This document shows positions 22,746 through 33,686 of a stretch of DNA of 64,000 nt, one piece after another; the stretch's first letter is position 1; the number at the start of each line of letters is the position of its first letter. The notes beneath the pieces are model-generated. The model saw only the letters and a list, made by a program, of their open reading frames with translations. It was not told where the DNA came from and did not search any database. Made by a program: the position numbers and the translations under genes. Origin of the DNA: Setoptus koraiensis (lineage: Eukaryota > Animalia > Arthropoda); assembly GCA_048013815.1 (NCBI GenBank), contig CM106585.1:15748001-15812000 (forward strand), written 5' to 3'.

Positions 22746-23012
22746 CTAGATATTTAAATATCTACTCGTCGTGTGAAGAGGATCTCTCTGCACTATCACC
22801 ATTTCAATAGATTAGGTATTTAACTCTCTGACTCATCCCCCCTTCTAATTATTATTACATATATGTGTCAATACATCCATTAATTAATAGGACATTAGAA
22901 ACTAATAAATTATAGTATCATTTATATCATACCATTTATATAATATATTATTACCAAACTATTTTTCTGCTACCGCTATTAAAGTTGCTCTACCGCTATA
23001 TAATTTTACAAT

Positions 23013-25763
23013 ATGGCTAATCAACCACATCATCCATCCGGACCACATCAGCGTGCCCCAAATATTAATACCAACCAATCTACCGCCGCCGGTACAAATT
23101 CAAATAGTAATCATAGATATAATAATAGTTATAATAATCATCCTCGAGCTAACTATCAATCAAACATGTACCACGCCGCAGCCCCAATGCCAAATTTACC
23201 ATACCAACAATTAGCGTACACACAACCAATTCAATACGGACACCCACATCATCAATATGTACAACAAACCCATATCTATTATAATAACCCATCAATGATG
23301 GGCCACATGAGCCCGGGTAGTGGAACTAATGTTAACATACCTACAAGTGGTATTGACCAATCTTCAAATGCGGCCCCGTCCACAGCACAACTCTCTAATG
23401 TTCCTCCAGCGAATGCTATTAAGCCAAGAGAAAGGGCTCCAGCTATAATAAAAAATCCGAAGACAAATGAAGTCGTGCACTTAGACAATCTCGTCGAACC
23501 AAAAAAAGAACCAACTCCCAATACGAATGATATTAGTGGTACTGCAACAATAAATGCTTCAGATCACAATAAAGCCAACAAATTTTCGACATCGCCTACA
23601 AACAACGATAATAATAGTAAACCATCATCAACAATTGCCCAGAAATTTTCTGCACAAGTTGCCCAGATAGTTTTAAAACCAGATGAAAAAGATCTAATCA
23701 ACAAGAACAGCAGTACAGTCAAAACCAAGAGCGAGGTCACCAGCAGCACAGAGCTACATCCAGACAACGACGACAAAACTGATGATGTTGATCAGACTAA
23801 ACCAGACGCTTCTCAAGCTATCGAACAATCTACACCCGAAACTTCAGTTAAAGAGGACACAATAGCACCGGCGCCCTTACCTGATAGTAACACAACACCA
23901 ACAGATACTGATAATGCCACCAAAACTGAACCTGTTAGCGCTATTTCAGGTTCAGATGATGCCCTAACAAAGTCTAGCGATAAAATAGATTCAGGTGATA
24001 TTGCTTTTGAATCTAATCTTCAAGATGTTGAAAAGTCTACTGAGTCAGAAGAAAAAGAAAATATTAACAAAGATAGCGGTGAAGAAGAAGAAGCCAAAGG
24101 TGATGTTGCTAGCAATGAACAACCTTCAGTGAAGGATGATAAACTTGATGATGCTAACGTTCAAACAAAACCTGAATTAAAGTATGAGCCAGATCAATTT
24201 AATCCCAAAACAAACCCGAATGGAAAGAGAAAGTATACATGCGAATTTATGAGGCAAATACTAGATAGGCTCGGATTAACTATTGCTAAAGCTCCAAATC
24301 ACACTCATATTGTTAATAAAGTGGAACAAAAAGATTTATTTGCAGTGAGCTTTGGCAATCAAAATAGGAGTTACCAATCTACCCGTCAAATGGACCCAAT
24401 TCGACGCCAGAGTCAGCACGCATATCCTGGTCGAAGCAGCATGGGTCAAGAAAAACAACGCAAAGTCATATCCTCTGTCTCCCTAACGCAGGAAGTTGAG
24501 TTGCGAACGACAGCAACTCCCTGGAAGCCTATGAAAGAAGCTAAAGAGGGAATGCCGGATGAAGAGTTAGAGACTATCAAATTGTTAAAACAATTCAGAG
24601 GTATTCTGAACAAGTTGACCCCCAATAATTTCGATCAGCTCTCGAAGTCAGTTAAAGATTTGCCCATCAATAATGAAAACCGATTAGAACAAATCATAGG
24701 AATAGTCTTTGAAAAGGCAATTGCTGAGCCGGGATTTTGTAATTTATACGGAAAAATGTGCTCCCTTCTCAAGTCCGATCAGGTCAAGAGTGCGAATGGA
24801 GATGCTAAATTTGGCCATGTATTATTGAAGAAATGCCAAGAAAGGTTTCAAGCAGATGTTTATGCTGGCTTGGATATTGAAGGAAGAAACAAAGCAATTG
24901 ATGAAGAAACTGATCCAATCGCCAAGAAAAAGTTGCAAGAAGAATTATATGACGACATGTTCCTATGCCGCTTGCGAGGTTTAGGCTTACAAAAATTTAT
25001 TGGTGAATTATATAAGATAAATATGTTAAATGATGCTATTATGATAGAGTGTATCTTAAGCTTAGTGAGAGATGCTAGCGAGGAATCATTAGAGTGCTTA
25101 TGTGACTTGTTAAAAACTATAGGTAAGAAATTGGAAGAATCTTTAGAGGCCACGCGACAGAAAGAAGCTAATGAACTCAAAGGTTCAGGAAGGCCTACGA
25201 AAGGTACCTCGATGGCTTCAGTTGTAGCTGGAAAAAAAGATAAGAACCAAACAATTTCCGAAGGTTTAGATCATGTCTTCACACAGTTGAAGCAGCTGCG
25301 CACGAATAAGGATAGCAAATTATCAACCAGAATACGTTTCAGAATTCAGGACACTATTGATTTAAGGCAACAAAAGTGGTCGCCGCGTCGAGCAGAGATT
25401 AATCCCAAATCACTTGAAGAAATTAGACGTGACGCTAAGGAAGAGGATAATATGAAAGACTTGCGCTCGGCTTCTCGAAATTCAAATAATAAGCCAAAAG
25501 GGCACATTGGCGTCCAATCTTCAAACTTTTCGTCAGGGATGGGTAATTCGGTTCCAAGAAGTCACCCTTCGAATCAAGAATCTGCAAAAAATCATCAGGA
25601 GAACGCCCAAAAAGTCCTAAACACTTTTTCACTTATGAAAGCAAAAGAGCCCCAGAATACACAAGATATAAAATTAGGACCCTCTAGTATTTTCTCGAAA
25701 ACCAAACCCCTTTCCTCTAGAAATTCTTCGACTCTTACAGTCGTTCCCAAAGCAGCAGAATGA
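23013..25763 (+). CDS. eIF4G: Eukaryotic translation initiation factor 4G (916 aa; MIF4G present, MA3 and W2 absent)
   Basis: RERAPAIIKNP (PABP-region-like); KYEPDQF...GKRKYTCEFM (eIF4E-binding region); SVSLTQEVELRTTATPWKP; MIF4G from FRGILNKLTP through FEKAIAEP, KFIGELYK, EESLECLCDLLKTIGK to RIRFRIQDTIDLRQQKW. Confidence 0.93.
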   Translation: MANQPHHPSGPHQRAPNINTNQSTAAGTNSNSNHRYNNSYNNHPRANYQSNMYHAAAPMPNLPYQQLAYTQPIQYGHPHHQYVQQTHIYYNNPSMMGHMSPGSGTNVNIPTSGIDQSSNAAPSTAQLSNVPPANAIKPRERAPAIIKNPKTNEVVHLDNLVEPKKEPTPNTNDISGTATINASDHNKANKFSTSPTNNDNNSKPSSTIAQKFSAQVAQIVLKPDEKDLINKNSSTVKTKSEVTSSTELHPDNDDKTDDVDQTKPDASQAIEQSTPETSVKEDTIAPAPLPDSNTTPTDTDNATKTEPVSAISGSDDALTKSSDKIDSGDIAFESNLQDVEKSTESEEKENINKDSGEEEEAKGDVASNEQPSVKDDKLDDANVQTKPELKYEPDQFNPKTNPNGKRKYTCEFMRQILDRLGLTIAKAPNHTHIVNKVEQKDLFAVSFGNQNRSYQSTRQMDPIRRQSQHAYPGRSSMGQEKQRKVISSVSLTQEVELRTTATPWKPMKEAKEGMPDEELETIKLLKQFRGILNKLTPNNFDQLSKSVKDLPINNENRLEQIIGIVFEKAIAEPGFCNLYGKMCSLLKSDQVKSANGDAKFGHVLLKKCQERFQADVYAGLDIEGRNKAIDEETDPIAKKKLQEELYDDMFLCRLRGLGLQKFIGELYKINMLNDAIMIECILSLVRDASEESLECLCDLLKTIGKKLEESLEATRQKEANELKGSGRPTKGTSMASVVAGKKDKNQTISEGLDHVFTQLKQLRTNKDSKLSTRIRFRIQDTIDLRQQKWSPRRAEINPKSLEEIRRDAKEEDNMKDLRSASRNSNNKPKGHIGVQSSNFSSGMGNSVPRSHPSNQESAKNHQENAQKVLNTFSLMKAKEPQNTQDIKLGPSSIFSKTKPLSSRNSSTLTVVPKAAE

Positions 25764-25810
25764 CCTAAGAACTAACGCCTGCCCTTCATGCAAGTCAAAG
25801 CAATATTGAT

Positions 25811-25939
25811 ATTATTATTATTACTACAAAAACAACATCATCAACAACAACAACTACAACTACTACTACTACTACTACTACGATTACTATTATTATTATT
25901 ATTAATTATTATTGCTACTATTATTATTATTATTATTAT
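25811..25939. repeat. Compound trinucleotide microsatellite (ATT/ACA/ACT) in the 232-nt gap between convergent eIF4G and robo stops
   Basis: Directly visible runs of ATT, CAA and CTA. Confidence 0.9.
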
Positions 25940-25995
25940 CTTTCTATCACACTAATATAACTACATAGAAAAACGTTGTATTATCGTTCTAGAAA

Positions 25996-28900
25996 TCATT
26001 CCACTTGCTCTTGTTCAGTTATGGAATGATCCGACGGAAATGCCTGTTCGTAATCTATTTGTTCGTAGAAGTTATTATCATCCTGGGCTTGCTGTTGCTC
26101 CATGGGATTACTCGTTATGGATACAAGCTTTCTGAGTTTCTGATGGCGCTGCTCATCCAGTTTGTGGTTGTTTCTAGTCACGGCGAGGTCGTTTTGTTGA
26201 TTCTGGTTCCCTTGAGTTTGTGATTGAAAATGAGAATGGTTCTGCGAATATGTCTGCTGCCGTAAAAATGACATGTCACCCACCTGATTGTAGGTCTGGT
26301 TTCCTGTAATTATGGCACCTTGTTGTTGAAGTTGGTGTTGATGCAATATGAACTGTTGTTGTTGTTGTTGCTGCAAACTGATCAGATCCTGTTGCTGATT
26401 GATCATGTGCTGCTGTTGGTGCTGATCCAATATTAAGTTGGTCGTGGCATATGGCGACATGAGAGCAATTTTTTGTTGATGTTGTTGACCGAAGGAGGTC
26501 ATTTTTTTCGAGATAGTATTACTATTAGACACCATCGGTATGAGACGAGTGACGGAAGTTGGACAACTATTGCTGTTTGCATCGCTAGTGCTATTACTAG
26601 ACAGTGGACTGTTGAATTCCACCTGTTGTTGGCTACCTGATCTCGAACTGTTTCCACCATTGATGGTTGTTGTTTTAGTTCTCATGGTACCATCTAACTC
26701 TTCATATTCGGCCACATTTACTATACTATAGTAATCACCGTTAATTAAAGGCTGAGGATAAATTTCACTATTTGTCTCTTGTTTATAACCTGTTTTGTTG
26801 TTGTTATATCTGTTCCTCTGACCCTGTGACGTATTATTGACCAAATGATTTATGGAGGTCTTACTCAATTGCGAATGCATATTAATACCATTTGCATCAC
26901 CTGTTCCATTCGAAGCTTGTGTGACAGTTTGCATAGATCCCAAAGGTACAATAGGCATCATTCCTCGATTTGTGTTGAGCATAGCACCATTAGGTAGCCA
27001 CATCAAGGGCGCAGAAGTGCCATTGTTGGGACCCGACACGGGGCCAGAGCCGGCCAGAGTGTGTCCGGCTGTTGTGACAAGGGTATGCTCCGGCATACTA
27101 TTAGTGTTGTATTGTTGGATGTGAGGCATTGCATGATGGTAAAATTTTTGGCTCAACTGTGAGCTGAGCATCTGTTTCCACGACATCATTTGGTTATTTC
27201 TATTGTGATTGTTTGCAAAGCAGTTTGTTTTAACAATCAACAGATAGCCAACCACTATCACAATGACTAATATTGTACTGGACACAGCAAACAGCCAAAT
27301 GGTATTGGATTGCGACTTTGAGGAACCAAGCGGCCCGTCGGCGAGCATTTGGCTGTGATTGTCCAAGAACATCATGTTGTCCGAATGAAAGTTCTTATAA
27401 AGATTTGTCGACGAGTCCAATATTATGTTGACACTGTCGCTGTAAGGACCGTGACCCGCAATAGTGTAGGCTGTCACCCTGAAGGAATACAATTGTGTCA
27501 ATTGGGTCAGATTGACCAGATCGTAGCTGATGAGCATTTGCATTGCTGTTGGTTTATTGTGATTGTTTTGTTGCTGTTGCTGCTGGCCCTTGTTGTAGAC
27601 AGGTGACGCATCAGTGGGGGCCGTCGATGCCGGAACCAATTGCAAGCGCAAACTGTTCAGAGGCAAATCTATGCTCTTGGCTTTGTAGCTGGCCCCAGAG
27701 TCTGCTGAATTAATTGTGTCTGTCCTGTTATTATTAATGCCGGTGGTGTAGTTCATTAGAATTCTGTAGCCGCGAACAATGCCATTTGCATAGGAGCGTG
27801 GCACACTAAACCAAGACAATGTGACACTGGTCTCGTTGAGTTGACGCACGCTGAGATTTGGGGGCGCCACCGAGGGCCGACCCTCGTTTGTTTCGGCCGA
27901 CAATATGTTGCTGGGCACGCCGTCTATGATCTTGTAATAGGGCGTAATGAAGAACTCGTATTGGGTGTATTGTTTCAAGCCGTTAATGGTGTAATAGCTT
28001 ATTGTTGGATCGACAACTTTTATCTCGGAGAAATCCTCACTTGGGCAGACGCCGCTTGTTGCGTCGGCGTTGCCCAAGCTCAAACTGGTGGGGTCCGCGT
28101 AGGCGAGGGAACCCGGCGACGATGATCTTCTCGAGCGCAATTGCTGTTGCAGCGGGCCGGTTGTTGCCTGTGCGACAGCATCATTGCTCCAAAGCGCCGA
28201 GCCATTATTATCCGCGGCGGCCGCATTGTTTGTGGGCGCCGGTGCAACGGTGCTGTCCGTTTGTGTGGCCCACCACCAGTCGGGCATTTGGTGCTGGTCG
28301 AACGCGTTGGCCACGGGCCGGTACCTGATGCAGAAGCCCTCTATGGGTATGTCGCCCTGCCAGGCGGTTGTTGTCGGCAACGACATCGGCGACGAGGTTT
28401 CGTTTGACACAAACTGGTCGTCGAGCCGCTGCATTGTCCATTCGAGCTTGATGCTCGACGAGCTGATTGGGGTCAAATTGATCAGGTTTGTGACGACGAG
28501 CAGCATGCGTTCGCGCGCGTAATCCAGATCGGACTTGAATTGTAGAAGGAGAGGCGACGATTTGTTTGTCGTTTGCTGTTGTTGTCTCGGCGATTGAGCT
28601 GAGCCGTGGTCGTGATTATTTTGTGCCGCTGCTGCGGCGGCGGCTGCCGCGGCCAAATCCAAGCTGTGATAGGCCTTCTGGTAGATGAATTCGCCCAGCC
28701 GGGTGCGCCACGGGCCCGATATCTGACTGGAGGGTCCGTCGCCGTACTTGTTGACGGCGCGCACAACAAAATAGTGCGACCCGTTAGGATTGAGATAATC
28801 GAACAGGTGCTCCTCCTGGGCCAGAATGGCGCCCCAATTGGCCAGTGAACTGGTCAGGGGCGCCAGAGATGTTGCCGCTGGGTGGGTCGGGTGAACCTGT

Positions 28901-30047
28901 TGCCAGCTGGTGGGCGCCTTAGACGAGTCATAGTGTTCCAGTATGTAGCCCTCAATGGCGCCGTCCAGGCCGCTGTCGGCGGGCCGATCCCAATAGATGC
29001 GCATGGAATGCTGACCGGACGGATCGTCCGGATCGTCGGGTTGGCCGCTGGCCGCTTGCGTCATGGGGCCCGAGTACGACAGAGCCTTCGGGATGCCCGG
29101 CTGCGACGGCAACATGCCAACGTCCTGCTGCCGATAGAAATTAATGTTTGGATTGTGTGGCGTATCAACTATCAAACGGAGCGTATAATTGGTCGATTGC
29201 TCCAGCATAATCTCGTCGAAACTGTCCGGTTGGCGGCGCACCGACACTCCGTTTTGGCCCGCCAGATGAGCGTCGCCCCCGATCCAGGCGGTGCTCACAA
29301 GACAGGTGTAGAGGCCACTGTCGCCTATTTGTAGCGGATCTATGCTCAGCAGGCCGGTGTTGTAGACGATGACGCGCAACGAGTCGTCCCTGATGGGAAT
29401 GGAGTCCTTGAACCAGATTATTTTGTATGGCACCAAACTGACAACGTCGCACAACAATTTGACATTTGTATTCAGGGGCAACGTTTGACTCTGAGAGCGC
29501 AACTTGATATACGGGGGCGGCAGTAGCTCGTAGCGAGCCACAGAGGGCGCTCTAGTGCGCTGGTATTCGTTGATGGGGCCGGCAGCGGCGGCGGCGCGCG
29601 AAAAATCGTGCGATATCATCATGTCTGATTTTGCTACAGGCGGCGCCGCCGTAACGGTCAATTTGGTTCTGGTTAGAGCGCTGCCTATGGATGATATAAG
29701 CGCGCACGAGTAGTAGCCGTCGTCTGCCAATGTCACATTGTGTATGTTGAGCGTTCCCTGAGAGTCCACATAGATTCTATTGGCACCGGAAATGGGCACG
29801 CTGGCGCCACTTAGATCGCCAGCGCTAGCCGGACATCGCAACCAGCCGGCCGTCTGATAATACCCTGACAACAGGGCGTTATCTCTGTTGTTTGTCGCTA
29901 GGGGCGCAAACAACAGCCTCCGCTGGCCCTCCTTGAACCAGAACAGCATGGCCGCCGGACTGGCCTCGCCGGCGCACCTCAGCTGCACGTGGCTCGTGTC
30001 CTGGGGCAGGCTGTAATTCTGGGGTAACACAGTGAAAATGGGCCGAA
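25996..30047 (-). CDS. robo: Roundabout receptor, terminal exon: Ig4, Ig5, 3x FN3, transmembrane helix, cytoplasmic tail
   Basis: Acceptor GTCGCAG|TT at 30,047 (phase 1); 4,052 nt open to TGA. Ig4 (LFWFKEG...DDGYYSCA), Ig5 (PPPYIKLRSQSQTLP...GDSGLYTC), FN3 repeats (GYILEHY, HYFVVRAVN, YEFFITPY, YSFRVTAYT), TM ~27,233-27,301, CC0-like AEYEELD, CC1 SPYATTNL. Confidence 0.93.
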
Positions 30048-30338
30048 CTGCGACATAATGAGGGATGACATAATGAGGTGAATATTAGTTAGTTAGTGGG
30101 AGGAATTGAGCTGATAACTGATCTCCGGACTCCGGAGATGCAGTCCAGACCGGGCACCACGACCGTCTGGTTGTGGCCCATTATTTATAAACGGCGCGTC
30201 GATTATGGAGATTGCAAACTTTCGCTGGTCCGCATGCCACCGGCTCGGCAACCAGCGAAACGCTCGCAAGTTCATAATGGCTCGTAATGGCGAGCTCACA
30301 GTAACAAGTTCACAATGATAATAATAATGACAACTTAC

Positions 30339-30469
30339 AAATGACGGTGAGATTGGCGAACGTCCTGATTGTTCCGACGAGATTCTCGCCCTCGCATATG
30401 TACATTCCCTGGTCTGAGGTGGTCACTTTGTCTATCACTAGCGTCTTATCACTAACGTCGATTTGAGAT
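30339..30469 (-). CDS. robo: robo exon: C-terminal half of Ig3
   Basis: CGCAG|A ... ATT T|GTAAGT; 131 nt, phase 2 to phase 1. Encodes SQIDVSDKTLVIDKVTTSDQGMYICEGENLVGTIRTFANLTVI. Confidence 0.9.
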
Positions 30470-30966
30470 CTGCGTTGCGGGGTCGGGTCAAGCGTTAATG
30501 GGGCGCACGTATAATTGTGTCGTATCAGTTGTGTGCAATGGGATATATGGCATAAATGGGGCAAATGGGATAAAAGGTATAAGTGGCACAGATGAGATAA
30601 ATGGCATAAATGGGATAGAGGGGACAAATGGGTGGGTGGACGACAGAGGCAAAGGCGTGTTAGCGACAATCGGATAGAGCGGTCAGTGTTGGCGTCATTG
30701 TCGGTGCGAGCTCGTTTAGATTTGAGCGCTCAGATTGTGCCCGACCGACCGAGCGGTCGCCGCGACCGGACGATCGGGCCGACCATACAGTCGGAGCGGC
30801 TGTCCGGATTATCATTATTTGGCCGAATTGGCCTCATCATTGAGCGATCTTCCGCGTTCAGAATGCGCGTAAACCTGGCGTTGTTCTGCCGGCCACCGTA
30901 TCGTTGGCTCCACAAATGGCCGGCCAATTGCCCGATTAGTCGGGCCCATGCTCGCTCTGTCCATCT

Positions 30967-31045
30967 ACTCGGCCACTCCGGCCACTCGGGCCACTCCGGC
31001 CACTCGGGCCACTCGGACTACTCTCGCTACTCTGGCCACTCGGGC
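30967..31045. repeat. 9-nt imperfect tandem repeat (ACTCCGGCC/ACTCGGGCC), robo intron
   Basis: About 8 units visible. Confidence 0.85.
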
Positions 31046-31551
31046 ATCTTGGCGGCTCGCTGCGGCGATCTTGATTCACCTGAGCAGAGTCACTGATGGC
31101 GAGACGCGGCTATTCAATCAGTCGTTACGTCATGATTAGGGCACATTAGAGAATGATGGCACTCTCTCTCTCTCGCTCTGCAGTTATTGCAAAAATTATC
31201 TTTCTTTTAACATTTGTTGTGAAGCAACTGTTGTGAACAACAGCGAGCAGTGTAGCCGGCAGCACGATCTGTCCATTATAATAATCATACAAGGCCGACG
31301 GTAATTCTGTTGAGGGCAATCTCTCTCTCTCTCCCTCTTACGTAATAATACGTAACGTCCATTGTGTGTTATAACTACCACGGCGGCACACACACACATT
31401 ATTTATATGTTGTTATTATTTATATATTGCTAGCGCCTCGGTCATTCATCTTGACCACAGAAGCGATAGCAACAACAATGGCCCAGAATTGAGCGAGCAC
31501 TACAAAGTGAATTGAAGTGCACTAATAGCGCCGGCAAAACAAAAATTACAT

Positions 31552-31633
31552 AACAGCAGCAACGACAGCAGCAACAGCAACGACAGCAACAACAGCAACG
31601 ACAGCAACAACAGCAACGACAGCAACAACAACA
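31552..31633. repeat. CAG/CAA/CGA trinucleotide microsatellite
   Basis: Directly visible. Confidence 0.9.
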
Positions 31634-32369
31634 GCTTGCAAAATATCTCTCTGGCCTTATGCAAGTGGCTGTTATCAAACTGCTGCTAAGCATGCTTGAA
31701 TATCCGATGAATATCATCATCATTATTTCAACAGCCGATCTCGAGACGACGATCTTGTCTAGCGTGTATACTGTGCCGATGACTCATGACTCACGCTGTA
31801 CATACAACAACAATAATCGTTTGATGATCATCAGATCGCCCGCCGAACAAAGCCCGCTCGTCGTCCGCCATCTTGGCTATTATGTAATGAAGGGCTCTCG
31901 TGATTATGTAATAATATTATTACTTCTACTGGCCGAACAAGCAAACAACGGCAACATGTTTATCACACACTCTACTAGCTTTGTAGTGCTGGCCGAGTGG
32001 TCGAGTGGCCAGCTATGCAGCTAATGCCAGGTAGCCGGACAGGTAACACTTGCCGGATAATAGTGGCCTGTAGTGTTTGCCGGCGAGTCGATTCAAGTTT
32101 AAACACAATTTATGTCTCGCTAACAGTGCTTATATTGTATGCATCTCTCATTCCTTTAAATTATGCGTGAATTATGCCCGCGTGAACGTACAGATTGTGA
32201 ACGCGGCAACGTGCCCATCACACTTGTGAGCTCATCGCCGCACCGACAGGCCAAACCAGCCACACCAAATGACGTGCCCAACAAATGACGTAATGGCGCT
32301 CGCTTGTAATGACTTGGCATAGAAATAGTTAGCAGGCAAATAGTTGTTGTGGTTTGGTTAGTTAGTTAC

Positions 32370-32508
32370 CTTTCGGGCAGGGGCTGGCCGTTTTGCTTTC
32401 GCCACGAGAGCACGGGTTCGGGATCGCCGCCTAATTTACATTTGAAGCTCACTCGGTCGCCGTGGTACACGAGCTTGTGTTCGGGTGCCTCGAGGAAGTA
32501 CGGTTTCA
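32370..32508 (-). CDS. robo: robo exon: N-terminal half of Ig3
   Basis: GCACAG|TG ... GAA AG|GTAACT; 139 nt, phase 1 to phase 2. Encodes (V)KPYFLEAPEHKLVYHGDRVSFKCKLGGDPEPVLSWRKQNGQPLPE(R). Missed by the ORF track (short). Confidence 0.9.
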
Positions 32509-33065
32509 CTGTGCGAGCGGACGCGCGTTAACGCATTTATAGCCCCATATATTGCACACACATACCAGGGTATACACATATCAGGGTATACACATATCAG
32601 CGGGTTTTGCAAATTTGTTGCGGGCGCGGTGTGAGGGAGAGAGAGAGAGAGAGATGTAGACAAAATTAGTTAGTCGTTTAGCTGGCGTCTGGCTGGTTGT
32701 TGTGCGAGCACTGGACTAGCGATAAGGGCGAAATTAAACTCAATTTCGAGCTGTCTGTCCATCGATTGGGGCCAACGCGAGCGCCGTCAGATAACGGATT
32801 GGCCAACCTGTTATGTAGCGGCTCTGCTGGGTTCTGGAGTCGAGAAGCGCACCGGTGCCAACTGACCGGCTGGCAGTTGAAAATGAAAGAGTTGTAAATG
32901 TTATTTGGCCCGAGGCGAGGCGCGGCCGACCGCACCGACGACCTCAAACCGTGACGCTGACCGTCGTTGTGTGAGAGGGGCCAGATAAGCAGCGACAGCT
33001 TTTGACAAAACGGCTTGCGGAGTCCACATTGCGCACTCCGCAAGCCGCCGAGAGGGACAGAGGCA

Positions 33066-33172
33066 AAAACGGAAGCAGGGATAAACGGATAAACGTAAAT
33101 GGGGAAAAGGGGAAGAACGGATAAACGGAAAACGGAAAAACGGAAAAACGGAAAAACGGAAAAACGGAAAAG
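33066..33172. repeat. AAAACGGA(A)-type 8-9 nt tandem repeat
   Basis: Repeated AAAACGGA / ATAAACGG units. Confidence 0.85.
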
Positions 33173-33211
33173 GCCGAAAGAGACAGCGAAAATTAGCGAT
33201 CAACTACTCAC

Positions 33212-33631
33212 CGTAAACCGATAATGAGGCCGCGCTCGATTCGCGCACAATCGATTTATGGGTGCCGTTAGTTTCGGCAAGGCAACTATATTTGGCCTCG
33301 TCGTTCTTTTGCACATTCAACAATACCAATTCGCTGCCGTACACGTCCACCAGGGGCGTCTTGGCGCTGTCAAGTTGGTCCAATCCATTGTGATGCTGGT
33401 GACTGTTGCGCAATCTTGCCTGGCCGTTCAATGCGCTGTTTAGCGCGGGGGCGACCGTCTTGGCCAGGCGCATTATTGATACACTGGCCGAGGGTTGCAG
33501 TAGCTGGCCGTTGCGTTTCCAATAGATGCGCGGCTCGGGCGAGCCAACGGGCGCCACACATTCGAAGGTGGCCGTCTCGCCCTGGGACACTTGCACATTT
33601 CGGGGCGCCTGTCGAAAGTCCGACTTGAGGT
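33212..33631 (-). CDS. robo: robo exon: Ig2
   Basis: AAACAG|AC ... TAC G|GTGAGT; 420 nt, phase 1 to phase 1. Encodes LKSDFRQAPRNVQVSQGETATFECVAPVGSPEPRIYWKRNG...DEAKYSCLA...RESSAASLSVY. All four exons join in frame. Confidence 0.92.
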
Positions 33632-33671
33632 CTGTTTGGGGCAAGAGTCGGGGACGAAAGAGACAAATTTA

Positions 33672-33686
33672 GTTAGTAGGTTAGTA
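33672..33686 (-). promoter_or_regulatory. Two perfect TACTAAC branch-point motifs 40-55 nt upstream of the Ig2 acceptor
   Basis: Plus-strand GTTAGTA at 33,672-33,678 and 33,680-33,686. Confidence 0.6.
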
